A stretch of DNA of 39,014 nt, from the IMG/VR virus record IMGVR_UViG_2671180460_000015. One strand, written 5' to 3'. The first letter of the stretch is position 1. Each line of letters starts with the position of its first letter. The notes beneath the pieces were generated by a model. The model was given only the letters and a program-made list of their open reading frames with translations, ran no database searches and was not told the origin of the DNA. Made by a program: the position numbers and the translations under genes. Origin of the DNA: a virus (taxonomy: Duplodnaviria > Heunggongvirae > Uroviricota > Caudoviricetes). Positions 36,916-39,014 of the stretch are shown one piece after another.

Positions 36916-37977
36916 ATGGATACTTTAAAATATGAGAAATTCTCTGATTTTGATCACAATGACCCATTTTTTGACTCTTTAAAAAAAGATTATAAAGAGT
37001 TTCCTCTTTGGTTAGAAAAAAAAGCCAGAGAAGGAGAATCAGCTTATGTGCTCTATGATGACAAGCATAAAATCGAAGGTTTTATGTATCTAAAAGAAAA
37101 TGATGATGCAAATGACATTAATCCAGCGCTCCCACCAGGACGTCATCTAAAGATAGGAACATTCAAATTTGAATCTAAAGGCACCCTTCGCGGACAACGA
37201 TTTCTAAAAAAAGCGTTTGACCATGCATTTTCATCAAAATCTGATGATATTTATGTTACTGTTTTCGACAAACACGTCCATCTAATAAAACTTTTCCAAA
37301 CGTACGGATTTTACATTCATGGTGAAAAAGAAACACATAACGGGAAAGAGTTTGTATATGCGAGGTCTTTGCATGAGCCTTATGGTGATATTTTATTAGA
37401 TTACCCTCGAATAATGACATCAAGGGCCAACAAATATTTACTGGCGATTTATCCCGAATATCACACTAGACTATTCCCTGATTCAAAACTTGTAAATGAA
37501 TCACCAGATATTGTCAAAGATATATCCCATGCTAACAGCATTCATAAAATTTACATATGTGGAATGCGTTCTGTGATGGGAATGAAAAGAGGAGATATCA
37601 TTGTCATCTATAGAACCGGAGACAAAAAAGGGCCAGCTCGCTATCGTTCTGTAGCCAGTACATTATGTGTAGTTGAGAGCGTAAAAAATATTTCTGAATT
37701 TTTAAGCGAAGATAGTTTTGTAGACTATTGTATTCGTTTTAGCGTATTTTCTGAAGATGAACTCAGAAAAATCTATAAAGAACGTCGATACCCTTTCATT
37801 ATAAGATTCACATACAATCTGTCTTTGCCAAAGAGACCCAATCGTGCTATTTTAATAGATCATGTGGGGCTAAATGGTTCGCGTGCATTCCGATGGAGTC
37901 ACTTTAAACTCACAAATGAGCAGTTCTTAAAGATCATCGAGTTAGGCAAGATAAATGAAAGTTTTATTATCCATTAA
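36916..37977 (+). CDS. hypothetical 353-aa protein, first gene of the immunity-region accessory operon (rexA position)
   Basis: ORF 36904-37977; GGAG at 36906-36909 sits 6 nt before the second ATG (36916). Strongly AT-rich. No lambda homolog recognised; tentative GNAT-like N-terminal half and PUA-like C-terminal half from motif inspection only. Confidence 0.75.
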   Translation: MDTLKYEKFSDFDHNDPFFDSLKKDYKEFPLWLEKKAREGESAYVLYDDKHKIEGFMYLKENDDANDINPALPPGRHLKIGTFKFESKGTLRGQRFLKKAFDHAFSSKSDDIYVTVFDKHVHLIKLFQTYGFYIHGEKETHNGKEFVYARSLHEPYGDILLDYPRIMTSRANKYLLAIYPEYHTRLFPDSKLVNESPDIVKDISHANSIHKIYICGMRSVMGMKRGDIIVIYRTGDKKGPARYRSVASTLCVVESVKNISEFLSEDSFVDYCIRFSVFSEDELRKIYKERRYPFIIRFTYNLSLPKRPNRAILIDHVGLNGSRAFRWSHFKLTNEQFLKIIELGKINESFIIH

Positions 37978-38332
37978 GCCTGAGTTTGCAGAAAAAATAT
38001 TGAACGGAACAAAGCGGTTCGAGTTTCGTAAAGGTATATTCAAAAATCCGCAAATTAGCACCGTTGTTATTTATGCCACGATGCCATTAGGTAAAGTTGT
38101 TGGTCAATTCCGTATTGAATCAATACTAAGTGACGAACCGGAATCTCTTTGGAAAAAGACGGAAAAACACGCAGGTATTTCTAAGCAATTTTATGACTCA
38201 TATTATTCAGGTAGAGAAAAGGCCTACGCAATAAAAATTGGTGAAGTGGAAAGATATAAAGAACCAATTCCTATCTCTGCTCTAGGTAGTAATATTAAGC
38301 CACCACAATCATATCTTTACCTACCTGCGTAA
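37955..38332 (+). CDS. ASCH/PUA-like domain protein (125 aa), second gene of the immunity-region accessory operon (rexB position)
   Basis: MKVLLSIKPEFAEKILNGTKRFEFRKG... carries the ASCH G-x-K-x-x-E-x-R signature; start overlaps the upstream gene by 23 nt; AT-rich. Confidence 0.75.
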   Translation: MKVLLSIKPEFAEKILNGTKRFEFRKGIFKNPQISTVVIYATMPLGKVVGQFRIESILSDEPESLWKKTEKHAGISKQFYDSYYSGREKAYAIKIGEVERYKEPIPISALGSNIKPPQSYLYLPA

Positions 38333-38336
38333 GAAT

Positions 38337-38363
38337 CCCGGCCACCGTGCCGGGTTTTCTTTT
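38337..38363 (+). terminator. rho-independent terminator ending the cI-distal accessory operon
   Basis: CCCGGC-caccgt-GCCGGG hairpin followed by TTTTCTTTT, 5 nt after the stop codon. Confidence 0.7.
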
Positions 38364-38444
38364 GTCCCCTCATCACACAAACCGTTCGAAAAACCACCAC
38401 ATCCTCCCTTCAGTTATCGCTATGCGATGCAAGTCACAAAATTA

Positions 38445-38535
38445 ATTCTTTTTGCTATCAAACAGTTAATATCAAAACACATTAATCAATAGCAATAAGT
38501 ATTGATACAGCCAATAGCAATAGCTATTATCACCA
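38445..38535 (+). promoter_or_regulatory. OL/pL region: near-consensus sigma-70 promoter with AATAGCAA operator motifs
   Basis: -35 TTGATA (38502-38507), 17-bp spacer, -10 TATTAT (38525-38530) on the + strand. Operator motif aatagcaata at 38488-38497 and 38513-38522, and inverted (tttgctatc) at 38451-38460. Confidence 0.6.
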
Positions 38536-38603
38536 TGTCGCAACAACACAACGATACGGCAATCACCTGATTCACCGTTGCGATGACCGCTTAGATCCGC
38601 AGC

Positions 38604-39014
38604 TTGAATTTCAGCAGGCTCCGGGGAGTGCGAGGGGTGAAGCGGACGCGTGAACGTCGGTGTGACCAGCTGAAATCAACTCAACACTTCATACCTCAGT
38701 CGCTTCAACGAGGCGGCTTAGTTATGACAACCGGCGGCCATCCACCGCCTGAATACGCGCAGAAGTCTCTATATGTTCAGCAGCCCAGCTTACGGGCAGG
38801 AGTTTTTATGGTTCATCAACATTACGGAACGCAGACCGTTAATCGAGGTGCGGTCATGCCAGGAATGCTGGTCAAACACAAAGATGGTACCTGGACTGCA
38901 TCAGCTAATTTACGCGGACGGCTTTATCTGCATCGCGGCATCGAGCGCACTTATACCCGTGATTTGCTCGTGGAAGTTTTTCTCGACGGACGCGGTAACG
39001 GCCTGAATCACTAA
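38604..39014 (+). CDS. hypothetical early protein at the N position (first gene downstream of the candidate pL); start uncertain
   Basis: Open frame from a TTG at 38604; alternative starts are a GTG at 38634 and the ATG at 38722. An Arg-rich stretch KRTRERR near the N-terminus loosely resembles the lambda N arginine-rich motif, but the rest is unlike N. Confidence 0.4.
   Translation: MNFSRLRGVRGVKRTRERRCDQLKSTQHFIPQSLQRGGLVMTTGGHPPPEYAQKSLYVQQPSLRAGVFMVHQHYGTQTVNRGAVMPGMLVKHKDGTWTASANLRGRLYLHRGIERTYTRDLLVEVFLDGRGNGLNH

Noticed and set aside
38536-38603. Possible nutL (boxA/boxB) upstream of the N-position gene.
   Set aside because: Only a weak boxA-like string (cgcttaga) and no convincing boxB stem-loop, so not annotated as a feature.

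Overview
This window is most of an integrated lambda-like prophage from an Escherichia-type host, in reverse orientation to the standard lambda map. Identifications are from reading the supplied ORF translations against remembered lambda, phage 21 and DLP12 proteins; no searches were run. From the left, all on the minus strand: tfa, an intact 1118-aa stf, lom, J, I, K, L, M, H, T/G, V, U, Z, FII, FI, E, D, C/Nu3, B, W, A, Nu1. A lambda-type cos site sits at about 23581-23700. Then come bor (+), a phage-21-type lysis cassette (pinholin S, SAR endolysin R, Rz/Rz1), an nmpC-type porin on the opposite strand, Q, and a DLP12-like nin region (ylcG, rusA, ybcO, ninE, ybcN). An AT-rich accessory island follows (unknown 169-aa membrane protein, ybcK-type serine recombinase, emrE), then ren, P, O with ori iterons, a cII-position protein, a cro-like gene, and a cI-like repressor. 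The best candidate for an undescribed system is an AT-rich, overlapping two-gene operon at 36904-38332 on the cI strand between cI and OL, the position lambda uses for rexA-rexB. Its second gene has an ASCH/PUA-like signature; the first has no lambda counterpart. Secondary candidates are the 169-aa membrane protein in the nin island and the unassigned gene at the N position. No rRNA, tRNA or CRISPR array was seen.
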